DNA of 64,000 bases from Yuukianura sp. NJ FZ-2021 (Eukaryota), in assembly GCA_046563655.1 (NCBI GenBank), contig CM102285.1:8618001-8682000 (forward strand), given 5' to 3'. Under the pieces are notes generated by a model. The model was not told the DNA's origin. It saw nothing but the letters and a program-made list of their open reading frames with translations, and ran no database searches. Made by a program: the position numbers and the translations under genes. Below are positions 13,081 to 24,649 of this stretch, piece after piece; the first letter of the stretch is position 1; every line of letters begins with the position of its first letter.

Positions 13081-14009
13081 ACTTATTTTTGAGTTAAATT
13101 CTTTGATTTTTTGTCTTTTGTAATTTGTTTTTTGTTAATTTGAGTTATTTGTATGTGAAACTTCCGCAGTTAACGTTAATCCCATCAATGGATTATTTGT
13201 TCTTTGTAAGTAAACGTTAGGTCATTGATATTTGTTCCCATCAAGGGATTTGTTACTTGGATTGTGCCTGTACAAGGCCATTTTAGAAGAAAAAGTTTGC
13301 TGCAGAGACCATCAAGGTCGTACCATCAAAGTAGAAACATAAAGGCTGAGAAGATTTGTTTATGTGCTGGAGCTTATGTCCCGTTATGTTTGTAAGGTGA
13401 ATGGACGAAAAGAAAAGATAATTTGGTATGCAAATCCGCAGATTACGGTTTCTTGCTTTTTGAGTTACTTTTTTTTGTCCGTTATTCTTCTCTCTCTCTT
13501 TTTTTTTTTGCTTTATGGCTGACTCATCCCGTCGACATTTTGAAAATTTTAGAAAAAACGTTACGTTTTTAGGCTTTTTTTTAGAAAAATCGGGCATGAC
13601 CCGTGTAGGAATTTACGTTATAATGACCTGAAACCACTTACTCAACAGAAAACAGCAATAGCAAGCACAAGAAGTTGCAGTTTTGTTTGTTAGGGGGTAC
13701 CTGTTTTTTGAAGCATTGGTTTTTCGGTGTTTTCCCGTTTTCGGACCCTCGGATCCAGACTCGTCTTGAGTCACTAGTCGCCACGTGCAGCGGGAACGGA
13801 TGCGGAGTCTCCCTCGTGGCTGCTCGGTGGAGCCGAGGTCAGCCGGATGAGCAAGGTGAAATGAGTGAGCGGAAGACACAGGAAGAGCTGTTGCTCTGAA
13901 TACGGCTGTATTCAGACTGACTCCCTGACTCATACATCTCTATGTAATGTGTACATAACCTATCATATCCTATGGGGTAGCTGGGGTTTCGGTCATCCTC
14001 CGGCACACA

Positions 14010-14308
14010 GTGTCAAAAGAAAGGGCTCATTTAGTTCTAAATGCGTTTTTAAGCAATGCTCATGGGCCCTTAACAAGGCCTTCTTAAAAAACTCAATTTT
14101 CGCCCTTGTGTTTTAGTACTTTCCAATCCGTTACGAGTTCCTTGTTGTAGCCCTTAAGGGTACCCTCTAGAGGCGTGAGATGTCCCATTGTCAGGGCGTA
14201 TCGCCACCAGATATGTATTGTATTATAATAGGTAAAAATGTGAAGATTGCGTACTACCGTATTACGTGATTTGGTCGTCGTAAAGTTAAATACCCGGTGT
14301 CTCTTAAC
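14010..14308. repeat. Dispersed repeat copy 2, part of a local segmental duplication
   Basis: Aligns with about 3893-4199. Confidence 0.85.
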
Positions 14309-14356
14309 TTTTTCGTTTCTGAATCTGAATTCCATTTTTTTTCAATTTTCGTAATT

Positions 14357-15106
14357 CTAGAAGTTAGAGTTGTTCAATTTCGAACATACCGTCAACGGCT
14401 GCTTGTTTACATTGCTAGGGTTTGACTTTGGAGCAGCGGTAGCGTTGAAACTCAAAGAAGTTGGAGCGACCTGGGATTGAATAACCATCGTGAACAGTTC
14501 TTGTCCTTCGATTGGATCTGACTGTGTCGAGACCTCCTGATGGTTCTTCGACTGTGACACCACTGCGCTTTGCAGCTCTTTGGCTTCCATGGCTTCGATT
14601 TTATCTTTCAACGTTGTGTTTTCCAGCATAAATTCATCAATCTCTTGAACCATGCTCTCCTGTACTGCTTCCAACACTTCCAATTCTTTCTTGAGTTGGT
14701 ATTCTCTGGCTCGACTTTTCTTGACTTCTTTAGTCGCCTTCTTCAATTCATCTTCCAGCGCTCGGAAGTCGGCCTGACCTGGAAGGGACTGATTCTTCGT
14801 CTCAAGTAGTGTCTTCCCATGAAGGACCTTTGATGCGTTCTGGGAATCACCATAAAGAGCCGCTCGCATACACTTGTGGATCATCATATGCGTAATCGAG
14901 TTCGACAGACGATGCAGGCGATCACACTCACTGCAAATGGCAAAACCAGTCTCTTGTTTATCCACAAGTAGAATTTTGTAAACGATCCATCCAAGTGCCT
15001 TGTTCGAACGACCGTGCGTTACTGGCTCCCTACTCAAACGATGACTGTTTTCAGCCACCAATCGCAGCAGGTAGTCCCATTCAAACGGAGACTTCGCGTT
15101 AGGCAT
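14357..15106 (-). CDS. BED-type zinc finger plus coiled-coil protein (249 aa), probably hAT-derived
   Basis: Intact ORF with W...GFAICSECDRL...THMMIHKC (aromatic, Cx2C, Hx3H/C), a heptad-rich E/K segment and an S/T/Q tail. A ttgcag acceptor lies at about 15138 and the frame is open up to it. No transposase catalytic domain. Confidence 0.65.
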   Translation of the reverse strand: MPNAKSPFEWDYLLRLVAENSHRLSREPVTHGRSNKALGWIVYKILLVDKQETGFAICSECDRLHRLSNSITHMMIHKCMRAALYGDSQNASKVLHGKTLLETKNQSLPGQADFRALEDELKKATKEVKKSRAREYQLKKELEVLEAVQESMVQEIDEFMLENTTLKDKIEAMEAKELQSAVVSQSKNHQEVSTQSDPIEGQELFTMVIQSQVAPTSLSFNATAAPKSNPSNVNKQPLTVCSKLNNSNF

Positions 15107-15157
15107 ATTATCAGTAATCCCCAGAGTTTAGTTGTACCTGCAACAGAACATGATGGG

Positions 15158-15808
15158 TTAACGTCAAAACCTGACAAAATTAGTCTGAACTTATGACAAG
15201 CTAAAGTTAAGTAAGCATGTGAAAGACGCGGTTACAAGTAAATTAATTTTTAGATAAGGTGGACACTTTTTATTTCTCGACACTATATGTCGCACTATAT
15301 GTCGACACTATATGTATATGGCATGTATTTAAAGTTACAGAAGCTTTTACAACTTAAAAACGTAATGTAAAGTAACGTTGTTACTGTAAAGTCAAGGTGA
15401 CTGGAAAGAGAAGTAACGAAGTTTGGGACAGTATTAAAAAATACTTGGAGAAAGAGCTTTTCCGAAATTTCCAAACAACAAAAAGCAAAGAACCAGCAAA
15501 TATAGAAACCGACGAAATTCACAAGTTTTAGTTCAATTTAACGACCACCAAGCGTTGCTGCAGTGCAATAATAATAACCAATCACGTCTTTTCTTCTTAC
15601 ACTGATGGATCAATCAGAGAAATTGTTGGGGTAAACGTGATGTGGAAAACAATAGCAAAATATATGTGCAAATCCTACCAAAATTCAACGCTGAGCAGAA
15701 TCTGGATCAAAGGTGTGGCTGGAAAATTTTCCGCTCAAATTTAGTTTAAGAAGTGATTGTTTGATGGCATTAATTCAGAAATTTCGTCTCCTGATGGAAT
15801 ATGTAAAT
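15158..15808. repeat. Segmental duplicate of 4195-4666 plus 8231-8380; contains the empty BEL insertion site
   Basis: Colinear alignment by eye. gcaaaATATAtgtgcaaatcc at about 15655-15675 corresponds to the joined flanks of the BEL element. Confidence 0.9.
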
Positions 15809-15829
15809 CGCTACTATGAACTTTTAGCA

Positions 15830-16511
15830 CGGACATTTATTTGAACTGTATTCTAAGCCGGGAAACATTTTCTTAATACTTCCTTTTTGAGGAAGGAGCA
15901 GTTTCGGGCCGACTGTTTCGATCCAGAACTATTTTGTGTATTGACTGCAGATGTTTAAACAGGCAGGATGTTGTGCCACGATGTTTTAAAATTTTAAAGC
16001 ACTGGATACACTTTGCTGACATTAGATTCTTCACGTAAAAAATACTTCCAGACTGGGCTCTTCTTCCCATGAACGTACAGAAATCGTGGACCAGTTGAGC
16101 CTCCTGTAACAGATCCGCTGGGACCTTGATCAGACTCCAGGACCCTTTGCATTACAAATTCAATAAATATTTGTGTTGTTTTTTCAGTTTCAATTTTTGA
16201 TTTCCAAAATGCTTACCCTTGATTGGCTACAAGTAAACTTCAACAGATTTGAGTTAAGGTTGAAGGTTGATTATTGAACTCAAAAGTAAGATTGAACGGA
16301 ATGGGAAAGACAAGGAACAGAATTAAATTGTGTTTTCTAAAAACAGTTCGGAAACGAGGCTCCTTAAAATTTAAATTCGCGCTACTTTTATTTAAGTCTC
16401 AAATTCGTCTGGACCCGAATCCGCATGCTGCCAGATCCGAATCCCGAATTATTCGGATTCGTCAAAAATTAGGATTTGGATCCGAAGTCAAAATCTGAAT
16501 TTCGACCCCTA
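15830..16511 (-). mobile_element. Truncated hAT DNA transposon (one end plus BED finger)
   Basis: SAKCIQCFKILKHRGTTSCLFKHLQSIH BED finger at 15873-16070; TAGGG terminus at 16511 with (g)atccgaa/ttcggat subterminal repeats at 16400-16500. Confidence 0.7.
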
Positions 16512-16568
16512 ATTACGAACAACACTAAATTACATCTTATTGCTCCCACCATCGAGCCCCACTACAAA

Positions 16569-17495
16569 TCAGAAACGTCCACAATCGGGAGAAAAGTCCA
16601 CAATGTAGAGAGCCGTCTGGTAAGGTTGTTCAACATTTTGTGAAAGGCGAACAAGTTTATGTCCGTCACAGAATCGTTTTGTCGCCGTGAATGGAGTTGG
16701 CGGATCTATCAATGTCCGAATAAAGGTTCCTATACATTTTAAAAACATTGAAAAAGAAAGAGGTTGTGTTTAAATTAAAGGTTAACGTAAACTGAACTCC
16801 AGAATCTCCACATGCCATACTCAAAAACAATCTGCGCTGCGCAGACTTGTCCACGGACGGCTAGTGGCATATATTCCTCTTGTTCCAAATCCCAAATCCG
16901 CACATCATTTCCGCCAGACAGCAAGTATTTGGAATTGAAATCCAAAATGGTGGTGACTTTGGATCAATCTAGCAACAACTCGTTGCAAAATCCATCAGCC
17001 AAGTTCCACAATCGGATAGAATTATCAAAAGATCCGCCACATACAAAATTTCCGAAAATCTAAACAAAAATTAATGGTTTGTCCAACCAAAAATAAAACA
17101 GGTTTATAAAAGTAAAGCATACATTGAAGGAGTAAATGGGCTTCGTGTGACCAATGACGGTATGTAACGGCATCGAAAGATGCGGAAACAACAGTGTTTC
17201 CCTTGAGTGAGTCGCACGTCACAGTTCCTGAATCTACCTCGAGAACATGTACAAGTTCACTCAAAGCGAGATTCCAAAGTCGAACCGTGTGGTCGCAAGA
17301 ACCAGTGGCACACCCTGAATTTAAAAAGAATTCGACTACAAATTACAAAGTCATTTAATAGAAATGAGTATTTACGTATCATCATCGAGGGACAAACAGT
17401 GAATTGGCTCAGCTTGTCCGTCCAGCATGGCAAACCTCGCCCTTCCACCATCCTCGGTCCAAACCATGAGGATCTTGTCATGAACCACAGAAACA
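16569..17495 (-). pseudogene. Intron-containing WD40 pseudogene fragment resembling the C-terminal part of FBXW7/archipelago-type F-box/WD proteins
   Basis: Segments HDKILMVW...PIHCLSLD; CATGSCDHTVRLWNL...VVSASFD; FVCGGSFDNSIRLWNL...(TGA at 16964-16966)...YLLSGGNDVRIWDL; terminal exon GTFIRTLID...KLV...LYIVDFSPDCGRF*. Short AT-rich intron-like spacers separate them. Confidence 0.75.
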
Positions 17496-18720
17496 GTAGC
17501 CGACGGCCGATTAATTTGACGACGACCGTACTTAACAGTACTTTGGAGGTGGAGCAATGATTTGCTATTGTAGAAGTCTCCCGGTCATTTTGTTGTGACG
17601 TTGAGTGAGTCTTCGCTGTGTCAAAATGAAGTAAAGTGTTGTGTGGCTCTTGGGATGTCCGACATCTGTACTTCGATTGTCACTTTTCAACATTGTACTT
17701 GGAACTGAGACAGTTAGCGCACAAAATTTTCTTTTTGACAAAGCTAAATCTGTCCTTTACACTTAACTTTAGCCAGTTGTCACATTTGAACAGACCATGT
17801 TAATCTTGGCACATGGACAAGTGAACTTGTGTTTTGAGTCGTCTGACTTCCGTTCAGTAGAACTGGATTGAGCCTTACTTTGACTAGACGATCCGGCGGA
17901 GGATGACGATCCAGTGGATTTGAGTCCCCGGATGTAGTTTTCCAGTTCTTTTGTGTCGGAAAAGTTCGGAACGTCAGAGCCCTTTAGTTGCTTACCCCAG
18001 TCACGTCGGCAGTCAGGGTCCATCTTTTCCTTGAGGAGATAGGCGATTATGGAATCCCAGTGTTCTGTTGGTTCATTGAGTGTCTCCAACTGTGTCAGCG
18101 ATTCCTTGAAGCAATCAATCAGTTTCCTCAACTGAGTAGAATTTTCTTGTGTCAGTTTTGGAAAGCTGACTAGTTTTTCGATTAATGTAAAGACGAGTTC
18201 CCTTTTGTTGTGGTACCGTTCTTCCATCAGCTGCCATGCTCCTTGGAAGTTGTCATCAGAAATGGGAGTTCCCTTGATGACAGTATCTGCGTCACCCTTG
18301 AGAGCGGAGTGAAGATACCAGAATTTGACACAGTTAGGTAACGTGGTGTTGTTGATCACTGTGCTGCGGAATAGATCCCGAAATGTCAGCCAGTCTTCGT
18401 ACTTTCCATCGAAAGTTGGTAGAAACATCTTTCGAAAGTATGAATTGCCGTTATGGTGATGATGTGACCGTGCAGAAGTAGAAGGAACTGATGGACCTGG
18501 TACTGATACTGGCGCTGGCACTGGCTGAATTGTAATCAGCTTTTCGTTCATAGTGCCAATCATTGTGACAAACTCCATGTACGTCCTGGAATGATCTTCA
18601 ATCTCTTCATCAACTGACGTGGCTATGATGATTTTGTTATGAAGAGTGTCGAGGTCATTCCTGACTCTGATCAGTTCCCGTTCTGCAGTTTTGATTGTTG
18701 GATTTGGCGTTTGTTCCTTG
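17496..18720 (-). mobile_element. BEL/Pao gag fragment (second family)
   Basis: ORF 17769-18578 (LPTFDGKYEDWLTFRDLF...KFWYLHSALKGDA...AWQLMEERY), then frameshifted Cys/His knuckles (CANCLS...HNTLLH) and the start of the protease region (LLSTVVVKL). Confidence 0.88.
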
Positions 18721-20000
18721 TGTAGTGAAAAGTACGTTATCTAATTCTAAAATAAACGACTTCTCAAAACACGATGTAGAATTGCGTTCGCAATTGAGCT
18801 AAACTTTTATTTTTAAAAGTTCGATTGAAAAGAAGAAATCGAAGAGAGTTTTGACCTAGAGGTCAAGTAGAAATTTGACTGGAAAGAGTTCTGTTCGAAA
18901 TCGAGCAGATTAACGAAGTGAGTTGACATAGGACGACCTGGCCTCTTTTATAGGGTCATGGTCGGAGTTACACAAGGCAAAAATCTTACTTCTATGTAAA
19001 TTTGATGTGAATGACTTGTAAATTATGCATACAAGCTAAAAATAAGTCTATTCTTGAACTTTAACTTTGCAAATTGAAAGTTACAACAAACAAAAGACAA
19101 AACACATAAGACAGAAGTAGTAATTAGAAACTCTAACCAGAGTTCATTGACTTCGTCACAGTCCTCCCTTCTTAGGATGGCAACTCACCGGAGTTGCGGA
19201 AGACAGGACGATTTGGGCAGTGTTTTTGCTTATGTCCGTATAGTTTACAGACGAAACAAGGCTTGGATCGATGTCGTGTCTTCGGAGTCATTGCCGCAAG
19301 AGTAGCTCGAATTTCGCGGGGATCCGTCAAGGCGAGAATCGGTCTACCAGAAGATTTCGGTTGTTGCGGTTGAAGTTGTTGTTGCTGCTGATAGGGTCTT
19401 TGAGGTGGTGGCCTTGAACTACTCGCACGAGCGAAACTGTATAACGGCGATGTTGCGATGCATCGAAGTTGGCCAGTGGAGATTCCGGTGGAGATGAAGT
19501 TTCCTTCCGCTTTTCCGGGATCTTCCAGGCGGAAAAGTCGGTACGTCCGTCCGGCGGATTTGAATTTAGCAGTAACGGAATGTTTGAACACGAAGTACAG
19601 GATGGGCCTTTAATCTCCTTACCCTCTTTCTTTTCCTCTCACTATTGTCATAAGAAACTCATGTGAGAGTTTCTCTTTCTTTCACTTGCGCTAAAGTTAA
19701 CATTACTTTGCTAATATTTTACGGATTGCCGCAACCCTCGGATGTAAATAAGGTATTGGCTTGATATGCGTGAGCGAATACAGTCGCGTTAATCGCCCAC
19801 CGTCTTCGTCTTCATCGCTTGACGAATCTGAAGTCCTCTCATCTTCAGAAATTTCGCCCACCCGAACAAGCAGAGCACCAAACTGCAAAACTTTATGAGC
19901 TGGGTGGTTCTGTGCAAAGTTTTTGTGAAAGTTGGTGCTGTCAAAGTTGTGACAGTGTTCCAATCTCGCTACATCCATGTCAAAAAACTAAAGCAATATG
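18721..20000 (-). mobile_element. 3' end of a Gypsy-like LTR element: 3' LTR 18721-19160, PPT and extra zinc-knuckle ORF
   Basis: Minus strand LTR TGTGACG...CACTACA with TATAAAA and AATAAA. PPT GAAGGGAGGAC (19161-19171) directly follows the stop of ORF 19172-19591. Left-hand limit abuts BEL gag; right-hand limit is approximate. Confidence 0.7.
19172..19591 (-). CDS. LTR-element accessory ORF with Q/P-rich region and CCHC zinc knuckle (5' end uncertain)
   Basis: CFVCKLYGHKQKHC (Cx2Cx4Hx4C) near the C-terminus; the ORF ends at the PPT. An acidic in-frame ORF lies upstream (19703-19978). Confidence 0.55.
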   Translation of the reverse strand: MFKHSVTAKFKSAGRTYRLFRLEDPGKAEGNFISTGISTGQLRCIATSPLYSFARASSSRPPPQRPYQQQQQLQPQQPKSSGRPILALTDPREIRATLAAMTPKTRHRSKPCFVCKLYGHKQKHCPNRPVFRNSGELPS

Positions 20001-20696
20001 TTTGACTTTTTTGGAACTGAATATTTCCGCCAAACAAAAAACGATTCCTTAATTAGACATTTCCTGTCTCGAAATGTCCTAAGTGACACTCAATTAATAC
20101 GATGTTTCAAAAGTTTCCAAAATAATAAACTACAAAACCTTTTCTGAGTCGACCTTCATTTTTCGCCTCGGAACGTTTTTTTCTCTAAACAATTTAAAAC
20201 AGGTTTAATTATGATTTAAATGTGATTGAAATAAATTTATTCCTTAATAATGCTTTAATTATTACTATGATCTTAAAAATATGGAGTGAAAGCCACATTA
20301 TAGTTAAATTTGTCTGCGCGCTATTTTCAGCAAAATTCAAAAAAACAAAAACTTTCCCGCCAAATTTGAGAAAAAAAATAAACAAAATTACAAAAGGAAA
20401 ATGTTTGAATGCACATATCAGTTGTTATATGTCAAAATCTAATGTTGAAACTGGACTTTTTTCTTAAGATTTCAAAGATGATTTATTTGTTTTCATTTAT
20501 AATTGCAATTTCATCCAGTATTCAGACAGCCCTCACCTAAGTGGTTTTACGCTATTCTAAATCTAATTTGTAATTGGTTGTGGTTTTACTTATAATTACT
20601 AACTAAATACTAACTACCTAAACACTAATCTATATACACTAGTTAACTTAAACCTATAACTTTAAATTCAGTTTTAAATTTAAAATATTAATTCTT

Positions 20697-23530
20697 TCAA
20701 ATATATTTCGCTAGTTGCTTCTTAATTAGGTCATTTTTTAGTAAACGTTTAAATTGCATCACATTTTTTGCTTCCCTAATTTCCTGATCAAGCTCATTCC
20801 AGAATTGTATTGACCTTGCTTGGAAGGTTACGCTTCCGAACTTTCCCCTAGTGTTATAATTACCGAAGCTAATTCTAGTATTATTGCATGCATTTGACGT
20901 TGGATACCTATGGATTTCATTAGCTTTTATATAATAATTCTTAAATACCTCTACAATATTTACATTCATTAATTTGTACATAAATACCAATACTTTATAC
21001 CTAAATAATGACTCCGGGTATAACCAATTTAATTTTTCTGTCATGTCTTCAGAAACTTGGTCAAATTTTATTTTATCTAGTGCCATCCTAGCCATTGTTC
21101 TCAAAACTTTTTCCACTTTCTTCATATTTTTTATTGTTGTTTCACCCCATACCACAATCATATACTGGATTACCGACAAAACCAAAGCTTCCAGTACAAT
21201 TCGTCTGGACTGTAGTGGTAAGTATTCTTTGTACTTGTAAATACATCCCATTACACAATAGCATTTTTTTACAACACAATTTACTTGATCATCCCACTTT
21301 AAGTTTGAGTTTACTATGAGACCCAGCATTTTCACACTCTCACTCTGTCCCACGGACGTTGCATTAAGCAAAATTTTCTTCTTAATTGAGCCAGATTTAT
21401 TACCAAAAAATAAAAGCTTTGTTTTTTCTTCATTAATCATCAATTTGTTCATTTTTATCCACTCCATTAGTCTGAACATATCCTGGTTTATTTTTTCCAC
21501 CATACCATCAATTTCTTTTTTGTCACATACAAATATGGTACTCGTGTCCAACACAAAAATAATAAGTTTCCCATTATGTATCACCAGTTTAAGATCATTT
21601 ATGAAATACGTGAAGAAAATCGGTCCTAGGACACTTCCTTGAATTAATCCCGTGGGATTTTTAATTAATCTTGACTTTTTATTTAATAACTCCACAAACT
21701 GAAATCGATTACCAAAGTAATCACGAAGCCAAAAATCAGAAATCCGAAATTGTTCATTCAGTTTTTTCAAAAGTATATCCCTGTGAACGCTTGGGAAAGC
21801 ATTTCGAAGGCCAATATTGACCATCGCACATACTTTACCCAAACTCACCTCTTTTTTTATATAATCAATTCCATAAATCATAGCATGTTCAGTAGAATGT
21901 TTTTTCCTACAACCAAACTGATAATTACTCAGAAAATTGTTTGAATTTATGTGCTCCATCACTCTTTTCACATATATTTTTTCAAGAAAAATCATTATAA
22001 AGTATGAAATTCCAATAGGTCTTAGATCTTTTGGCTTTTTTGGCTGCTTTATTTTTGGTATTGGGATAATTTTTGTCACTTTAAGTTGGGGCGGTATATT
22101 GCCTTTTTTAAAAATGATTTCACGAAAATTTCTAAAAAATTCTACAAAATTATGAAAGTTCATTAAAACGTTAAACATTTTCTTACTGACACCCAGTATT
22201 TCCAATTCTGAATTTTTTTTCTTCATATTTTTCCAAGTCTTTTTAATATCTTCAGTTGAGATTTCTTTAACAAAAAACAATTCATCAGACTTTATACATT
22301 TTGTTATACTTTCCAGTGTCGTATGGTACAACATCAACTTCAAAAGAATTTTTCACATAAAACTCATTTAATTCATCGGGATCAAAAACATTTTCATTAT
22401 CGCCTTTAAATTTGTTCTCAACATCAAATTGAAATTCAGTTTTTAAAACATCCCAAACGTTATTCGTTTTAAGCTTCCTTAAGACTTTCTCCGAAATGTG
22501 TTTTTTTAATTTTAGTTTAATCCCCTTCTTTATTTTCTTTAATTCCAACTTTAAGCAATCAACTTTCGTTGCACAGAACTTCTTTCTCAAGTCATTCGCC
22601 TTTTTATACAAAGACTCCATTTCAGGATTAAGGTCAACATTGCGATTTAAACTTTCTTTAACTTTTTTTTTCCTTTTCGCCGCAACTTTATTAAAAATGT
22701 CTTTAATTTGTTTTGTGAAATTGTTAAACAACATTTCACTTGATTCTTCGTTTTCAAAGATAAGGACTTCTTTTTCCATTATTAGATTCAGCTCAATTAA
22801 ATCACTTTCCGAAAAATTTCTTTTCTCTTCAAATTTCATTTTCTGTTTGACCTTTTTATATTTGTACTCAATACTACTAAGAACGTGATCAGAAATTCCA
22901 AATTCATTTACTTGAGCATCATTTACTGTCTCATCATTAGTTACAACATAGTCTAACAACGCCAAACTTCTCGTTTGCTCTTTCACTAATTGACGTAAAG
23001 ATAATTTTTCAAAAAGTCTTTTCATTTGCTTCGTGTATTTATCCGTCTTGAAAAAATCCCGATTTAGATCTCCCAAGACAAAAAATACTCGATTTGAGCG
23101 AATCGAATTTGAGAAATCAGCTCTAAATTGTACACACCAGCACAATTCAATTTTTTGTCTGGAATGTAGACAACACAAACAACAATAGTTTTGAGAAATT
23201 TGAGTTGGACTTTTTTGCACATATATTCTAACGAGCAAGGTAATTTAAACTCCTTTTCATCTATGTAAAACTCGTTCACTTTTAAGGTTTTCTTGCATAA
23301 AATTCCAACTCCCCCTCCTCTTTTTTGTATTCTATCTTTTCTGTAGAAATGAAAACCATTTGGAACAATGGCTCCTGCACCTTCTTTCAACCAAGTTTCC
23401 GACAGACATAAAATATCTACATGTTCTAAATTTATCATATTTTCTAATTGTTTTACCTTTTTATCATAGGAACATACATTCTGGTGAGCTAATTTTATTT
23501 TTTGACTTACATTTTTTGTGTTAGTGTTAA
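20697..23530 (-). pseudogene. LINE ORF2 (endonuclease plus reverse transcriptase), frameshifted
   Basis: Endonuclease motifs LAHQNV, DILCLSETWL, RGGGVGI, VLGDLN, LLDYV and ISDH; RT motifs DLRPIG, QFGCRKKHST and QGSVLGPIFF. Catalytic F/YADD is degraded to FVLD. Frameshifts near 23100-23230 and 22330. Confidence 0.92.
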
Positions 23531-24034
23531 ATACTGTTACGGTGAATTATTCCTCGGACGAATAACCGCACCGGAAAACGCTCGAATGTCCTCCCAGAAC
23601 CTGGAGACTCCTAAAGAAATGACCTCTGACCTCTTGACCTCGTTCGGACCGCGTTTGGTCTTAAAGTCAAATCTTTATTGAAATGTAAAAGACAGCTTTT
23701 ACAAGAAAGTACTGAGCTCACTGAGAGCTAATCAATGAATGATTTCTGAATTCCAGAACAACTCTGGAGCAAACATTTACAGTTAGCGTGTGTGGGTGGA
23801 ACGGCAATTCCAACCCAACACACAAATCAAATACCTAACGGTAAACGCAAATTTGGATTAGCCTAAATTCCTACGACTAGGGGGAGACAACAAAACACAC
23901 AAACAGCTTGGCCTTGAGGGGTCAAAATACTACATTTTACATTTCTAGACTTTGAAAATGTAACTAAAAACTGTGCAAAACCTTACTACATAACAATACT
24001 CCGGGGGATCTTCAAGTCACGTCCACGTGACTGC

Positions 24035-24649
24035 TCAGTTGTTGTTGTTGTGGACGGCAGCAACGACGTTCACCCGGGGATTGGGGATGTACTGGGGATT
24101 CGGTGGGGCTCCAGGAGGGGGACGAAGACGAAGCGGTCGCTGGACAAGGTAATCTGCTGCTACATGACCTTGGGCCCTGCATGTATAACAAATGCGACGT
24201 CGTTCAGCTTGTCCGTTTCGTTGTCCGCGAGCATTCCCGCGTCCACGAGCATTCCCACATCCACGAGCATTCCCACGTCCACGAGCATTCCCACGTCGAG
24301 CGAGCCCGCCTCCTCTCTCCCTCACTATGATGACGAGTTCTCGCCCGTTCCGAAATTCTCGCCATTGCGGCATTCCGCGTACTGGGGGTGGCCGGACGCG
24401 CATGAGCGCAACTTGACGTTGACCTCCACGACGTCACTGAGCATTTCCATTTGCTGGGGCGAAGACCGGAACTGGAATAACCGGAGCTGGAATAACCGGA
24501 ACTGGAATAACCGGAGCTGGAAGAACGGGAGGCACATTTTCCACTTCTTCCTCCTCGTCGTCTGTCAACACAATCTCAGGAATTCCTTCCGCCGGCTGGT
24601 CAACGGCCATCGGCTCATCCTCTCCGAGCAATTCCCTCTCTCGATCCAT
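24035..24649 (-). pseudogene. Accessory third ORF of the Gypsy element: acidic/Pro-rich, RG-repeat and zinc-knuckle protein with one in-frame stop
   Basis: Track ORFs 24434-24721 and 24035-24403 are in the same frame, split by one TGA (24434-24436). It reads MDRERE...DDEEEE, PVIP repeats, RGRGNA repeats and CYTCRAQGHVAADY. A branch point and acceptor lie just before the ATG. Confidence 0.7.

Noticed and set aside
13604..13972. Possible solo LTR starting TGTAGGA
   Set aside because: The right end is imperfect and there is no TSD or partner.
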